DNA of 58,778 bases, counting the filler. It is 3 parts of 3 records of this genome, joined end to end, with 100 filler letters (N's around TTAATTAATTAA, not from the genome) between each part and the next. Parts side by side here need not be neighbours in the genome. Positions count along the whole stretch, not along the records: positions 25,201 to 40,320 come from SRR2962707_5478; positions 40,421 to 58,778 come from SRR2962707_5480; 1 more part is not named here. One strand, 5' to 3'. A program made the position numbers and the translations under genes. The notes below the pieces were generated by a model. It was given only the letters and a program-made list of their open reading frames with translations, had not been told where the DNA came from and made no database searches. Positions 31,245 through 41,558 of the stretch are shown in pieces. The first letter of the stretch is position 1. Every line of letters begins with the position of its first letter.

Positions 31245-33143
31245 TCAAGCGCTTAGCCAAAGTTCATCCGGCAAACCTGAGTTACGCTGAATCCGAGATT
31301 GAGCGGCCGCAGTCACCAAATGCGCGGCGCCCCACAGGGTAAAATCCTGCTTCGCCCGAGTGATTCCTGTGTAGATCAACTCTCGCGTTAACACAGGCGA
31401 TGGCGTCAATGGCAACAACAAGGCAACACGCTCGAACTCCGAGCCTTGTGATTTATGAACCGTCATCGCAAACACCACTTCAAACGCACTCAAACGACTT
31501 GGTAACAAGCCCGTAAATGAGCCATCTGGCTGCATAAACCAGACTCGTAAACGCTGAGATTCATCCGGCATGCATAAGCCAATATCACCATTAAACAACC
31601 CTAGGCTGGCGTCATTGCGCGTCAGCATGACGGCTTTTCCTGGGTACCAAACATGCGGATCTTTGACTCGCCCACGCTGATAAAAATACAACTCAAGCTG
31701 TTTATTCACTTGCTCAACGCCGAATTCACCCTGACGCACAGCGGTCAGGATTTGATAACGAGAAAAAGCGGCATAAAGCGACACTATGTCCTTTTGCTGC
31801 CGTACTGCGTCCCAGTAGTCATCATAGCCCTTGGCTAAGGTCGCGATGTCCGGCTTGGTTTGCTGTTCGGCGGGCACCTGCCAATGCACATCGCGAGGAT
31901 TATTTTGCAGTTGATAAATGGCATCTTGGGCATTGCCTGCGTTCATGGCTTTGGCTAAATGCCCTATCCCACTGTTCGCGTCAAAACGATAACTGGTGCG
32001 CAATAGGGTCAATGAGCGACTGATCAGCGGCGCTTCAGGGTTCGCAAACTGACTCACGTTTTCGCCCGTTAAGCGGGTCAAGCGCTGCGCCCAATCCGCC
32101 TGAAAATAGGCACTTTCAATGCCTAACGACAAATCCCCCAACACACTGCCCGCTTCCACCGAGGCCAACTGATCTTTATCGCCCAGTAAAATAAGCCGCG
32201 CGTGCGGTGGCAAGGCGTCAATCAGCTTCGCCATCATAGGCAAATCCACCATGGACACTTCATCCACCAGCAACACATCCAAATGCAGCGGATTGTCTCT
32301 ATTGTGCTTAAAACGACTGCGGCCGAAGTCACTGCCGAGCAAGCGATGCAGTGTGCTTGCTTGTTCGGGAATGGCCGCTTTAATGTCTTCTTCTAGAGGC
32401 AACGAACGTTTGGCATTTGCAATCGACTCAGTCAAACGTGCTGCGGCTTTTCCGGTAGGCGCCGCCAGCTCTATTCTTAATACCTTGCCTTGCGCCGCCG
32501 ATTGCGACACCAACAAAGCCAGAAGTTTGGTAACTGTGGTGGTTTTCCCTGTACCTGGACCACCACTAATCACAGAAAATGGCAGACTGGCCGCATTAGC
32601 GACCGCGACTTTTTGCCAATCTACCGTGTCTGATTTGTTGGGAAACAATCGATCAATAATCGCCGCGTCAGGCTCAAAAGGCGTCGCGCCAGCATGGTGT
32701 TTAAGATAAGAAAGCACTTGCTGCTCGTATTGAAAATAACGATACAAATACAAGCGAGTGCCGCTTAATACCATCGGTTTTTCCGTCAATGGCAGCGCTA
32801 GGCTCACCAACTGACTCTGCTTTAGCGCATCGCACCAGTCTGCAACCGAATGCACACCGCTCGCGGCCAATGCCGCTTTTAATTCCGTGACAGCCAAGCC
32901 TTCTGGTGGCTTTTTCCAAAGTGACACCAAGTCGATGCAAATATGCCCAGCCCCCAAATACGCACTGCACAAAGCCCCCGCGATATGCACCGCATCATTT
33001 GACTCGTTCACGTGGTGCGCCAACTGTTCGATCCACTGGCGGTCAATCGCCCGCAACACCCCTTGCTCTTGCCATGCCATTAAAGGGGGATTGGAGGTTG
33101 GCTCTGCCTGCGCTAATAAATCCAATTGATTAGAAAAGTCCAA
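31245..33143 (-). CDS. recD: Exodeoxyribonuclease V alpha subunit
   Basis: GGPGTGKTT, APTGKAAARL, DEVSM, GDKDQLASVEAG and TVHKSQGSEF; TTG start at 33143 inferred from an AGGAGG RBS. Confidence 0.95.
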   Translation of the reverse strand: MDFSNQLDLLAQAEPTSNPPLMAWQEQGVLRAIDRQWIEQLAHHVNESNDAVHIAGALCSAYLGAGHICIDLVSLWKKPPEGLAVTELKAALAASGVHSVADWCDALKQSQLVSLALPLTEKPMVLSGTRLYLYRYFQYEQQVLSYLKHHAGATPFEPDAAIIDRLFPNKSDTVDWQKVAVANAASLPFSVISGGPGTGKTTTVTKLLALLVSQSAAQGKVLRIELAAPTGKAAARLTESIANAKRSLPLEEDIKAAIPEQASTLHRLLGSDFGRSRFKHNRDNPLHLDVLLVDEVSMVDLPMMAKLIDALPPHARLILLGDKDQLASVEAGSVLGDLSLGIESAYFQADWAQRLTRLTGENVSQFANPEAPLISRSLTLLRTSYRFDANSGIGHLAKAMNAGNAQDAIYQLQNNPRDVHWQVPAEQQTKPDIATLAKGYDDYWDAVRQQKDIVSLYAAFSRYQILTAVRQGEFGVEQVNKQLELYFYQRGRVKDPHVWYPGKAVMLTRNDASLGLFNGDIGLCMPDESQRLRVWFMQPDGSFTGLLPSRLSAFEVVFAMTVHKSQGSEFERVALLLPLTPSPVLTRELIYTGITRAKQDFTLWGAAHLVTAAAQSRIQRNSGLPDELWLSA

Positions 33144-36100
33144 GCTGCCCTTCCTCCTGCGATAGTTCACCGGCAAACAATTGATCCAGTGCTTCAACAT
33201 GCGCCTTAGACAAGCGCGAATTAAAGATACCGGTCTTTTGCCCTGGCGTCATACCCCGTAAAAATAAATACACCACACCGCCAACGTGGGTGTCGTAGTC
33301 ATAATTTGGCAGGCGCTGTTTCAGCAAACGATGCAATGCCAAGGTATAAAGTTGATACTGTAAATCGTATCTGTGGTCCGCAATCGCGTGCTCAATCGCA
33401 TCGTTTTGATAGTCCGTGAAATCATCACCTAAATGGTTCGACTTATAATCCAGCACGTAATAACGTCCTTGCCACTCGAAAAGCAAATCGATAAAGCCTT
33501 TGAGCATTCCCTTTAACGGGCGATCTTGAATACTTGGCGCCGACCGAGAAACCCTATCATGCTCACGAGCAATGCGATCTAGCTGCAGAGCGTTCATGCC
33601 ATTCACCGGCATAAAGAATTCCAGCTCCTTGCGACACGCCGACACAGGAAGATCCCCCAGACACACGCCTTCTATCAATTCAGTATTAACAATGTCGACC
33701 AACCAATCGTTCAATACAGAACGCCACTCACCAAACCCTTGGCGCTCATAAAATGCTTCCATATTGGTTTGGTAGCTCAACTTCAACAAGTCTCTAAAAC
33801 TGGGGTCATTGACGACGTCTTGAATGCCTTTACCTTCAAGCGTGTCATGCAAGAAAGTCCCAGGCTTAGCGCCACGCGGAAAACTAAAGCGGTTCTGCTC
33901 TGGTTCTGCCGAAGCATCAACCAGCAAAGAGGCGTCTTCTAGTGCCTCTTCAAGGGGGTCTTGAAGGCGCGTCATTTCATCCAAACCTGGCAGGCTTTCA
34001 TCGTTTTGTTCCGTGGCTTCCACCACCAAAGAAGAATAACTGCCTACCCACCAATCGCGCTCTATGCGGCCGTTAAAACGCCGTGCTTGAGGTTCACTAA
34101 GACGCGTCTCAAGCATTTTAAAACGTGGTAATTCTGGCACGTCACTGGGCAGATCCACCAGACTCATTTTCCCGTCCGGATGACGACCCACTAAGCGCCC
34201 AATAGTCGGTACTAATCCCCCCGCCTCAAGGGACTCACCTTCACATAGCAAGGCGCCAACACCGCTCAAATGCACATCACAAATCGCCTCTCGGGATTTG
34301 GTCGCTCCCTTGCCAACTTCCATACAACCAATAAAGCAGGCTTCTTTTGAACGTGTTAACGCCACATACGCCAAGCGAATTTCCGCGGCGTACAATTCTT
34401 CTTTATGGCGCTCAGACTCTTCTTCGTCTGGGTCGATGGAAATCCACAATTGTTGCTGATCGTCATGATAAAGCGCGGATTTGCCTCGATCTTGAAATGG
34501 CGTCAAAGCAAACGGCAAATACACAATCGGGTATTCCAATCCCTTACTTTTGTGAATCGTCACAATACGCACCAACTCGGCGTCGGTTTCTAAACGAATT
34601 TTTTGTTCGTCACTGTCGCCATTGGGGTTTTGAATGGCCAAACGCAAATAACGCAACACACCTTCTTTGGAGTCCAGTTCTAGGGATTTTTGCTGCAGTT
34701 TTTCGGTGAGGTGCAAAAAGTCAGTTAACTTACGCTCGCCGCCAATCTGTCTCAACATATGAGTGGCGAGATCCACGTCCGTCATAAACTCGCGCAACAT
34801 GGGCAACAAACCTTGGGTTTCCCATAATTCCAAATAGTACTGGAAAGACTGCACCCATTTTTCATACACCACATCATCGTGATTGAGCGTATCCAGCTCT
34901 TCTAATGACCACTCCACTAGACTGGTCGCTAACGCCGAACGCATCTTACTTTCTTGGGCGTTGGACAAAATCGCCGTCAGCACAATTAATAATTCTCGCG
35001 CTTCGACGGTTTCAAACACCGAACCTTTATCACTCAAGTACACACTGGGAATGCCACGCTGACGCAAAGCATCTTTCAGTGCATTGGCTTGGCTAAAATT
35101 GGTCACCAGCAAGGCCACGTCTTTTGGCCGCACACCGCGCTCACCGATCAATGCCTCTCCACTTTGCCCTTCTAACAAAATACGGTGCAAATGCGCGGCG
35201 CACGCCTCGGCCATGGCAGCACGGTATTGCGCACTTGAAATCGGCTCATCGCTTTGCTGATACAAAAACTGCAACGCCGGTTGTCCCGTTCCATGACGAG
35301 AAAATTGCCCAGCCACGCCGCGGTCTTGCACTTCAACAAACGGAATACCCGCCACACGAAACGGCGCCTCATGGGTGGTAAATAAGGCATTTACTGACTG
35401 AATCATGGCCGCAGATGAACGGTAATTGGTCGCCAATGAATACACGCTGTCGACCCTTTGTTTGGCGGCCAAATAGGTATAAATATCCGCGCCACGAAAC
35501 GCATAAATGGCTTGTTTTGGGTCGCCGATCATAATCAGCCCCAATTGGTTTTGCGTTGTATCAGCTGGCTGGTATACCGTTGAAAAAATTCGATATTGCA
35601 CAGCGTCCGTGTCTTGGAATTCGTCGATCAAAGCAATCGGATACAAGTGACGAATACGTTCCGCCAGCTTACCTGCTTCGTCTTGCCCTAACGCCACATC
35701 CAATGAGGTCAACAAATCGGTAAAGGTCAACGACTGGGTGCTGCGCTTCCACTGTGCCATGCGTTCTTGGGTTTTGACCCAAAGTTGCTGCAACAAGACG
35801 GCCTTTAAGCGCCCCGCGTCAGGAAAGGATTCTCTTAGTGCTTGTACCGAGGCAAAAAACGGATGCGCTGGCAGCTCGCCATTTTTACTCAAACGCGTGG
35901 CGTGCTCACTGGTGTCGAATTTCTCAAGGCTTTTGTCCAATTCAAAACGCGTCGAATTGGCCCATTGGGTCATCGCCTGAATGTCTTTTGACGGATCTTT
36001 GCGCCAGAAAGTACGCTTAATACCGCTTTGCTCTAGCGCCTCTATAATGTCTTGGGCTTGCTCGCGCCAAGTGGCTCGCACTTTTTCAATGGCTTGCTGA

Positions 36101-36819
36101 GATTCGGCTAAAGCAGTTTCCCAGTCGTAATTGGGCGACACCAATTTTGCGTCTGGCTGGTTTTGCAGTAACGACAAATCTTTTTGCAAGGCATCCGGTG
36201 AAGACCAAATGGGCTTAATTAACGCCGCTTTACTGTCGTCTAGCGGGTAAAACTCACTGCGCCAAACGTCTTTCACCGCCATCGACAAGGGGGCTTGTTC
36301 ATCGGTTTCTATGGTCTGTTGAAACAGCATGCGACTTTCAAACGCATTCTGGCTCAGCATACGCTGACAAAAGCCATGAATGGTAAAAACCGCCGCTTCG
36401 TCCATTTGTTTTTCGGCGTAGAGTAACTTTTCAATCGCGTCAGACTCTTGATCAGCGTTCATACCCGCTAACCAGTCTTTTAGAAATACGTCGTTTGTTG
36501 TGCCCATCATCAAGGCTTTACGGGCCACTCGAATACGGCCACGAATACGCGCTTTAAGCTCAGCGGTGGCCGCTTCGGTAAAGGTCACAACCAATATCTG
36601 ATCGACGGTCAGCGGCTGCTCTAAATCTCCAGGCTGCCCCGTCGGCACCAATAAGCGCAAATACAAATTGGCAATGGTATAGGTTTTACCTGTCCCTGCG
36701 CTGGCTTCGATTAAGCGTTTGCCAAACAAGGGAAAGGTCAATGCATCCAGCAATTGCACCGATGCGTCTGTCGTTACTGGGGTCACAGCAGAGCCTGCTG
36801 TCTGCGTCATGTCACTCAT
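33130..36819 (-). CDS. recB: Exodeoxyribonuclease V beta subunit
   Basis: EASAGTGKT, DEFQDTD, GDPKQAIY, TIHKSKGLE and nuclease motif GFIDL...DYKSN. Confidence 0.97.
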   Translation of the reverse strand: MSDMTQTAGSAVTPVTTDASVQLLDALTFPLFGKRLIEASAGTGKTYTIANLYLRLLVPTGQPGDLEQPLTVDQILVVTFTEAATAELKARIRGRIRVARKALMMGTTNDVFLKDWLAGMNADQESDAIEKLLYAEKQMDEAAVFTIHGFCQRMLSQNAFESRMLFQQTIETDEQAPLSMAVKDVWRSEFYPLDDSKAALIKPIWSSPDALQKDLSLLQNQPDAKLVSPNYDWETALAESQQAIEKVRATWREQAQDIIEALEQSGIKRTFWRKDPSKDIQAMTQWANSTRFELDKSLEKFDTSEHATRLSKNGELPAHPFFASVQALRESFPDAGRLKAVLLQQLWVKTQERMAQWKRSTQSLTFTDLLTSLDVALGQDEAGKLAERIRHLYPIALIDEFQDTDAVQYRIFSTVYQPADTTQNQLGLIMIGDPKQAIYAFRGADIYTYLAAKQRVDSVYSLATNYRSSAAMIQSVNALFTTHEAPFRVAGIPFVEVQDRGVAGQFSRHGTGQPALQFLYQQSDEPISSAQYRAAMAEACAAHLHRILLEGQSGEALIGERGVRPKDVALLVTNFSQANALKDALRQRGIPSVYLSDKGSVFETVEARELLIVLTAILSNAQESKMRSALATSLVEWSLEELDTLNHDDVVYEKWVQSFQYYLELWETQGLLPMLREFMTDVDLATHMLRQIGGERKLTDFLHLTEKLQQKSLELDSKEGVLRYLRLAIQNPNGDSDEQKIRLETDAELVRIVTIHKSKGLEYPIVYLPFALTPFQDRGKSALYHDDQQQLWISIDPDEEESERHKEELYAAEIRLAYVALTRSKEACFIGCMEVGKGATKSREAICDVHLSGVGALLCEGESLEAGGLVPTIGRLVGRHPDGKMSLVDLPSDVPELPRFKMLETRLSEPQARRFNGRIERDWWVGSYSSLVVEATEQNDESLPGLDEMTRLQDPLEEALEDASLLVDASAEPEQNRFSFPRGAKPGTFLHDTLEGKGIQDVVNDPSFRDLLKLSYQTNMEAFYERQGFGEWRSVLNDWLVDIVNTELIEGVCLGDLPVSACRKELEFFMPVNGMNALQLDRIAREHDRVSRSAPSIQDRPLKGMLKGFIDLLFEWQGRYYVLDYKSNHLGDDFTDYQNDAIEHAIADHRYDLQYQLYTLALHRLLKQRLPNYDYDTHVGGVVYLFLRGMTPGQKTGIFNSRLSKAHVEALDQLFAGELSQEEGQLGLF

Positions 36820-39800
36820 TCAAACAACTCCAAGTGGCGGTGCATCGGCAGCCAAATCATTTCACATAACTGAGTAAATCGGTCTCGCTGCTCAAGCAAA
36901 GAAGGGAAATAGCGTTGCCAATAAGCATCCTCGACCTCGCTGCTGCTAAACGCACTGCTGCTGTCTTGGTAAATTTTAAGCGCTTGCTGCCACGCAGCCT
37001 CTTCGTCTTCAGCGGTTTTTGAGGCGCAATAGCTTTTACACCAAGCATCAGCGCTTTTCGACGGCAGAGGAATCGGCTCACACAAACCTTGTTGTAGTAA
37101 GGTGATGATTTGCGATAAATGCGTTTTGGCTTCATCGGGGGCCACTATGATGAAGCCATGCTGTGTAACCTTGCCGTTTTTCGCCAAGTTCACAAGATGA
37201 TGCTGCTTTGGCGAGCCTTGTGCGCACAGCGCCAAATGCTCTATCCAGGTTTGCATTTTTTGATGGGCGGAAAGATCCCCAATACGATACGACAAACGTG
37301 TCGTTGGAGTATCTAATGTTAGCCAGCCCTGCAAAGCAATCGCACCGATGTTAATGCTCACTTCAAGCGGAGCGCAAGCTTCAAGGGCGTAACCTTGTAA
37401 CACCTGAATAAGCTGACGACACTGATCTTGGTATTGCTGCAAAGATAACCGACCAAAAGCGCCATAAGGCAACACCCCCATCAAGGGCAAGCGCTTAAAA
37501 AAGGTGTCTTCATCGCCCTGCAGTAAAGCCTCAAGCATGTCTTCTCGTAGCAAATAGCCTGATAAGCCTTCTAAGGTAAACGGCTCGTCTTCAAACTCTT
37601 CCTCTTCACGTAAGCTCAAAAAGGCTTTTAATCGACGCTGGGTAAAATAGCGTGCCGGATTGCCAACAAACCGAGATAGCTCTTCAAGAGGCAGCTCAGC
37701 CCGTGTGCTTTCTTGCGCCGCGAGAGGCGACATTAATGGCTTATCCACTTCGATCTGAGAGGCCAATAGCGCGGGCAACCATTGCTCGCTGTAACTGTAC
37801 AAACGCGCGTCTTGCTGATAGTAGCTTTCATTAAAAGGCTGCAACGGATGCTCAACAATCAGTTTTGCCAAAAACGCCTCTTGTGCCTCTTCAGGCGGCA
37901 ATATTTCATCCCCGACAAAGACACAACTTTGGGCCATGTATTCGAGCAATTCACTGACTAAAATCGATGGGTTCTTCTCGCTATTATCTCGAATGCTCTT
38001 GCCGACGTAACTCAGGTAGAAGCATTCTCGCGCCGACATCAAGGCTTCCAAAAAGAGGTATTTGTCGTCTTCACGGCGGCTACGATCACCGCTACGATAA
38101 TCCCCTACCATCAAATCAAAGCCCATTGGGGCGACGCTTCTCGGGTAATCCCCTTCATTCAAGCCCAATACACAAATGACTTTAAACGGCACCGAGCGCA
38201 TCGGCATCAAAGTGCAAAAATTGATTCTTCCCGCAAGGAAGCGTTGCCCACCTTGGGCTTCTTGCAACATGGGGGTGAGCAACTGTTGAATGACCTGCTG
38301 CTCTAATTTGTCCGTAAAATAGGCGTGCTGCCATTGCAAGGTTAAGGTGTCTAATTGCTTGCTCAACAACGCAGGAAAACTGTCGTCTTCCTCGACCAAA
38401 AAGAACTGCTCACTTAACGAGTAAAGCATCTCAACCCATTCTTTCGGCGTGAGCGACGCTTGCAAACCTTGTTGCGCTTGATTAATGGCCGATAAAAATT
38501 CGGCTAACTTACCAGCAACCGCCGCTTCTAAGCCTTCAACGTCGCCATAGCTTAACGTGTTTTCCCAGATGTGATCGTGACCCATGGCGTAACCCAATAA
38601 CATACGACGCACGCCATTTAGCCAAGTATGTGACTCTTGAGCGGGTAATGAATGGTGCTCCGCCGTGTGAGCATCTAGCCCCCAGCGGATACCCACCTCA
38701 GTAGACCATTGTCGAATGCGCTCTAGCTCTTGCGCGGTCAGCTCGAACTTCGCCAATACCGCCGGCACTTCCAGCACACTGATCAACTCAGACAAAGTGA
38801 AACGACTGTCGCCCAAGCCTAATAAATACAAATAGGCATCGACAATTGGGTTTTCCATACCGCCGGATTGGTCAATCAAGGCAAAGGGGATTTTTTTGCG
38901 CCCTTGAGCACCCGCTTTTGTACCGCCAAAAACGGCTTTAACAAACGGGCTATAGGTGTTCACATCGGGCAACATCACTATGATGTCTTTCGGTGTCAGG
39001 CTAGGGTCGCGCTCAAACATATCCAACAACTGATCATGCAAGACTTCTACTTCACGCAGCGGACTGTGACACAAATGCACTCGCACACTGTGATCATCGA
39101 GCACAATAGGATGTCGATACTCGGCGCTCTCAATCTCAGGGTTGCGCTCTTCCGCCGAGCCGTGGTTTTCCAGTGTCAGTACATCTTGCTGAACCCACTG
39201 CAACAAACCATGATTCGGCTCGCTATGGTAATCCTCAAAGACTTCCAATTCGCCATCGGCCATTTCTTGCAATTGAGCAATATAATCACGACCCAATCGT
39301 CCCCAGCTTGCCAACAATGGGTTCGCATCCAAATGCAGGGTATCCATGCTGAGCCCAGGCTTTAGGGTTTGACGCTTAATAATGCGGCCAAGGTAATGTT
39401 TGTCGACCACGTCTCCCCAGTAAAAGCGGCAAGGGTTTTGCAAAAAGAGATGCATCTCAATCCAGCCAGACGACGCCAATACACGCAATGACTCCAGTGT
39501 GTTTGGCGGCAAAGAAGACACCCCAAAAATAAAGATTCGCTTCGGCATATCAGCAGGGCGAGTTTGTGACTTAGTCGCATCGGCCAGCGCTTCTATCAAG
39601 TTGCCACGATGGTATAAGGACTCACCTTGTTGGCTAATGTCTGTCACTAAATCCTGCCATAAAATGGCTTGCCATGGCTGCTGGTCAAACAAGGCGGCTA
39701 ATTTTTCATCATGAAGGTCACCGCTTTCCCACGCTTTAATCCAATCGGGACGGTACACCAAGTATTGGTCGTAAATATCCGCAATGCTGCTACACAACTG

Positions 39801-40175
39801 AAAACGTCGAACTTGGCTGTCGTCGCCTTGTAAGTACCAACTCAACGATTGAAACGCTTCTTCTTGTAAGCGCGCGTCCAACAGGCGCATCAAACGCCAT
39901 ACTAAAAAGGGCTTGTTGAATTCACTCTGCCCTGGGATATCCGATAAGGTTTGCGCAAAGCTGTGCCAAACAAAAGTAGAAGGCAATGGAAAGGTTAACC
40001 CAGCGGCAATGCTATGAGACTGGGCAATCGACATTTTAAGCCATTGCGCCATGCCAGGGTTTTGCACAAGAATGTGTTCGTCTTCAAAGGGGTTTTGCGG
40101 CGGAGAAAGCGCCAATATTTTTGCCAGCAGAACCGCTAAGTCTTCAAGACGGTTGCCTGTATAGAGCTGAAACAT
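36816..40175 (-). CDS. recC: Exodeoxyribonuclease V gamma subunit
   Basis: GNRLEDL, DQYLVYRPDW, NPLLASWG, CHSPLREVEVLHD and CTLMPMRSVPF motifs. Confidence 0.97.
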   Translation of the reverse strand: MFQLYTGNRLEDLAVLLAKILALSPPQNPFEDEHILVQNPGMAQWLKMSIAQSHSIAAGLTFPLPSTFVWHSFAQTLSDIPGQSEFNKPFLVWRLMRLLDARLQEEAFQSLSWYLQGDDSQVRRFQLCSSIADIYDQYLVYRPDWIKAWESGDLHDEKLAALFDQQPWQAILWQDLVTDISQQGESLYHRGNLIEALADATKSQTRPADMPKRIFIFGVSSLPPNTLESLRVLASSGWIEMHLFLQNPCRFYWGDVVDKHYLGRIIKRQTLKPGLSMDTLHLDANPLLASWGRLGRDYIAQLQEMADGELEVFEDYHSEPNHGLLQWVQQDVLTLENHGSAEERNPEIESAEYRHPIVLDDHSVRVHLCHSPLREVEVLHDQLLDMFERDPSLTPKDIIVMLPDVNTYSPFVKAVFGGTKAGAQGRKKIPFALIDQSGGMENPIVDAYLYLLGLGDSRFTLSELISVLEVPAVLAKFELTAQELERIRQWSTEVGIRWGLDAHTAEHHSLPAQESHTWLNGVRRMLLGYAMGHDHIWENTLSYGDVEGLEAAVAGKLAEFLSAINQAQQGLQASLTPKEWVEMLYSLSEQFFLVEEDDSFPALLSKQLDTLTLQWQHAYFTDKLEQQVIQQLLTPMLQEAQGGQRFLAGRINFCTLMPMRSVPFKVICVLGLNEGDYPRSVAPMGFDLMVGDYRSGDRSRREDDKYLFLEALMSARECFYLSYVGKSIRDNSEKNPSILVSELLEYMAQSCVFVGDEILPPEEAQEAFLAKLIVEHPLQPFNESYYQQDARLYSYSEQWLPALLASQIEVDKPLMSPLAAQESTRAELPLEELSRFVGNPARYFTQRRLKAFLSLREEEEFEDEPFTLEGLSGYLLREDMLEALLQGDEDTFFKRLPLMGVLPYGAFGRLSLQQYQDQCRQLIQVLQGYALEACAPLEVSINIGAIALQGWLTLDTPTTRLSYRIGDLSAHQKMQTWIEHLALCAQGSPKQHHLVNLAKNGKVTQHGFIIVAPDEAKTHLSQIITLLQQGLCEPIPLPSKSADAWCKSYCASKTAEDEEAAWQQALKIYQDSSSAFSSSEVEDAYWQRYFPSLLEQRDRFTQLCEMIWLPMHRHLELFE

Positions 40176-40293
40176 GCACGAATCCTTGTTGTCGGCAATG
40201 AAAGTAAGAAAAAGCAGACAGCGTTAAGCCTAACCTTGGAGGCGTCAAAAAAGAAGAATATATTGGTTTAGTTTCGATGTGAGTTCAAGATTA

Positions 40294-40320
40294 TGGTGGA
40301 GCTATGCGGGATCGAACCGC
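40294..40320 (-). tRNA. tRNA-Ala, 3' 27 nt only (contig end)
   Basis: Reverse complement GCGGTTCGATCCCGCATAGCTCCACCA gives the T-arm, acceptor 3' strand and CCA of a gammaproteobacterial tRNA-Ala. The anticodon is not visible. Confidence 0.85.
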
Positions 40321-40420
40321 NNNNNNNNNNNNNNNNNNNNNNNNNNNNNNNNNNNNNNNNNNNNTTAATTAATTAANNNNNNNNNNNNNNNNNNNNNNNN
40401 NNNNNNNNNNNNNNNNNNNN
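40321..40420. other. Artificial contig spacer (N44-TTAATTAATTAA-N44)
   Basis: Same design as the first spacer. Confidence 0.98.
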
Positions 40421-40442
40421 CGCTTGCAGGCAAGCTCCTACA
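40421..40442 (-). repeat. GTAG-family REP-like element at the contig edge
   Basis: Reverse complement TGTAGGAGCTTGCCTGCAAGCG: GTAG tetranucleotide followed by the hairpin GCTTGC-CT-GCAAGC. Confidence 0.65.
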
Positions 40443-40622
40443 GCGGCTTCGTAGTCCTCCCTGATTCCTTATTGAGTTTTCTTGTGAGAATTTTGGTAAC
40501 ACAACGGGGGTGACCTGAATTCTGAGCTTATCCTTCTGAAATTAAAAGAAAAAAATGCCTTATTACGGATCCTGTTCTTGTTTTACCTTCCTAATTCGAT
40601 ACATAAATATGGATTTGCCGTG

Positions 40623-40650
40623 TTGACTTGTGTCATGTCTGAGCTATGCT
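40623..40650 (+). promoter_or_regulatory. Sigma70-like promoter of the paa operon
   Basis: TTGACT-N16-TATGCT upstream of paaG. Confidence 0.55.
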
Positions 40651-40740
40651 TTTCAACCATAGTTTGGCGTCGGAACTGCTCGGCGGATCACGGTCCGGCA
40701 GGTCTGATCATCGATACCAAGAAAAGGGCAGGACCGGATT

Positions 40741-41532
40741 ATGGAGTTCGCCACTATTGAGTTTGATCTGGAAGGCGGTGTCGCCACCCTGGCACTGAAC
40801 CGACCGGAACGGCTGAACAGTTTTAATGAGCAGATGCATCAAGAAGTGCGGGAAGCCCTGTCCGTGGTGGAGCAGGACCAAGCCGTGCGGGCTCTGCTGA
40901 TCACCGGGAATGGCCGTGGCTTTTGCGCTGGCCAGGACCTGTCCGACCGAAGCGTGGCGCCTGGCGCCGAAGTGCCCGACCTGGGCTCTTCCATTGAAAC
41001 CTGGTACAACCCGCTGATTCGCGCCCTGCAGCGTTTGCCGATGCCGGTGATCGCCGCGGTCAATGGTGTCGCCGCCGGTGCCGGCGCCAATATCGCCCTG
41101 GCCTGCGACCTGGTCATCGCCGCCCGTTCCGCCAGCTTCACTCAAGCCTTCTGCAAGATCGGTCTGGTTCCGGACTCCGGTGGCACCTGGCAGCTGCCGC
41201 GCCTGGTGGGTATGGCCCGCGCAAAGGGGCTGTCCATGTTGGGTGACAAGCTGAGCGCCGAGCAGGCGGCCGCCTGGGGTTTGATCTGGCAGTGCGTGGA
41301 TGACGACGCGCTGCGTTCCACCGCCACGGACCTGGCTCGCCATCTGGCCACTCAGCCGACCCGGGGGCTTGCCTTGATCAAACAGGCATTGAACCAAAGC
41401 TTTGACAACGATCTGGATACGCAGCTTGACGTGGAGCGGGACCTGCAGCGTGAAGCGGGCCGTACCGAGGATTACCGCGAAGGCGTCGCCGCGTTCATGG
41501 AAAAGCGCGCACCTCAATTCAAAGGCCGCTGA
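40741..41532 (+). CDS. paaG: 2-(1,2-epoxy-1,2-dihydrophenyl)acetyl-CoA isomerase
   Basis: Crotonase fold: LNRPERLNSF, GRGFCAGQDL, GVAAGAGANIALACD and GLVPDSGGT; paa context. Confidence 0.93.
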   Translation: MEFATIEFDLEGGVATLALNRPERLNSFNEQMHQEVREALSVVEQDQAVRALLITGNGRGFCAGQDLSDRSVAPGAEVPDLGSSIETWYNPLIRALQRLPMPVIAAVNGVAAGAGANIALACDLVIAARSASFTQAFCKIGLVPDSGGTWQLPRLVGMARAKGLSMLGDKLSAEQAAAWGLIWQCVDDDALRSTATDLARHLATQPTRGLALIKQALNQSFDNDLDTQLDVERDLQREAGRTEDYREGVAAFMEKRAPQFKGR

Positions 41533-41558
41533 GGCTGTCCTCCCGTTTGGAGATTTGC

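Noticed and set aside
36816-36836. RecC C-terminal HLELFE as a third clamp-binding motif
   Set aside because: It lacks the conserved Gln and directly follows a structured helix, so the match is too weak.
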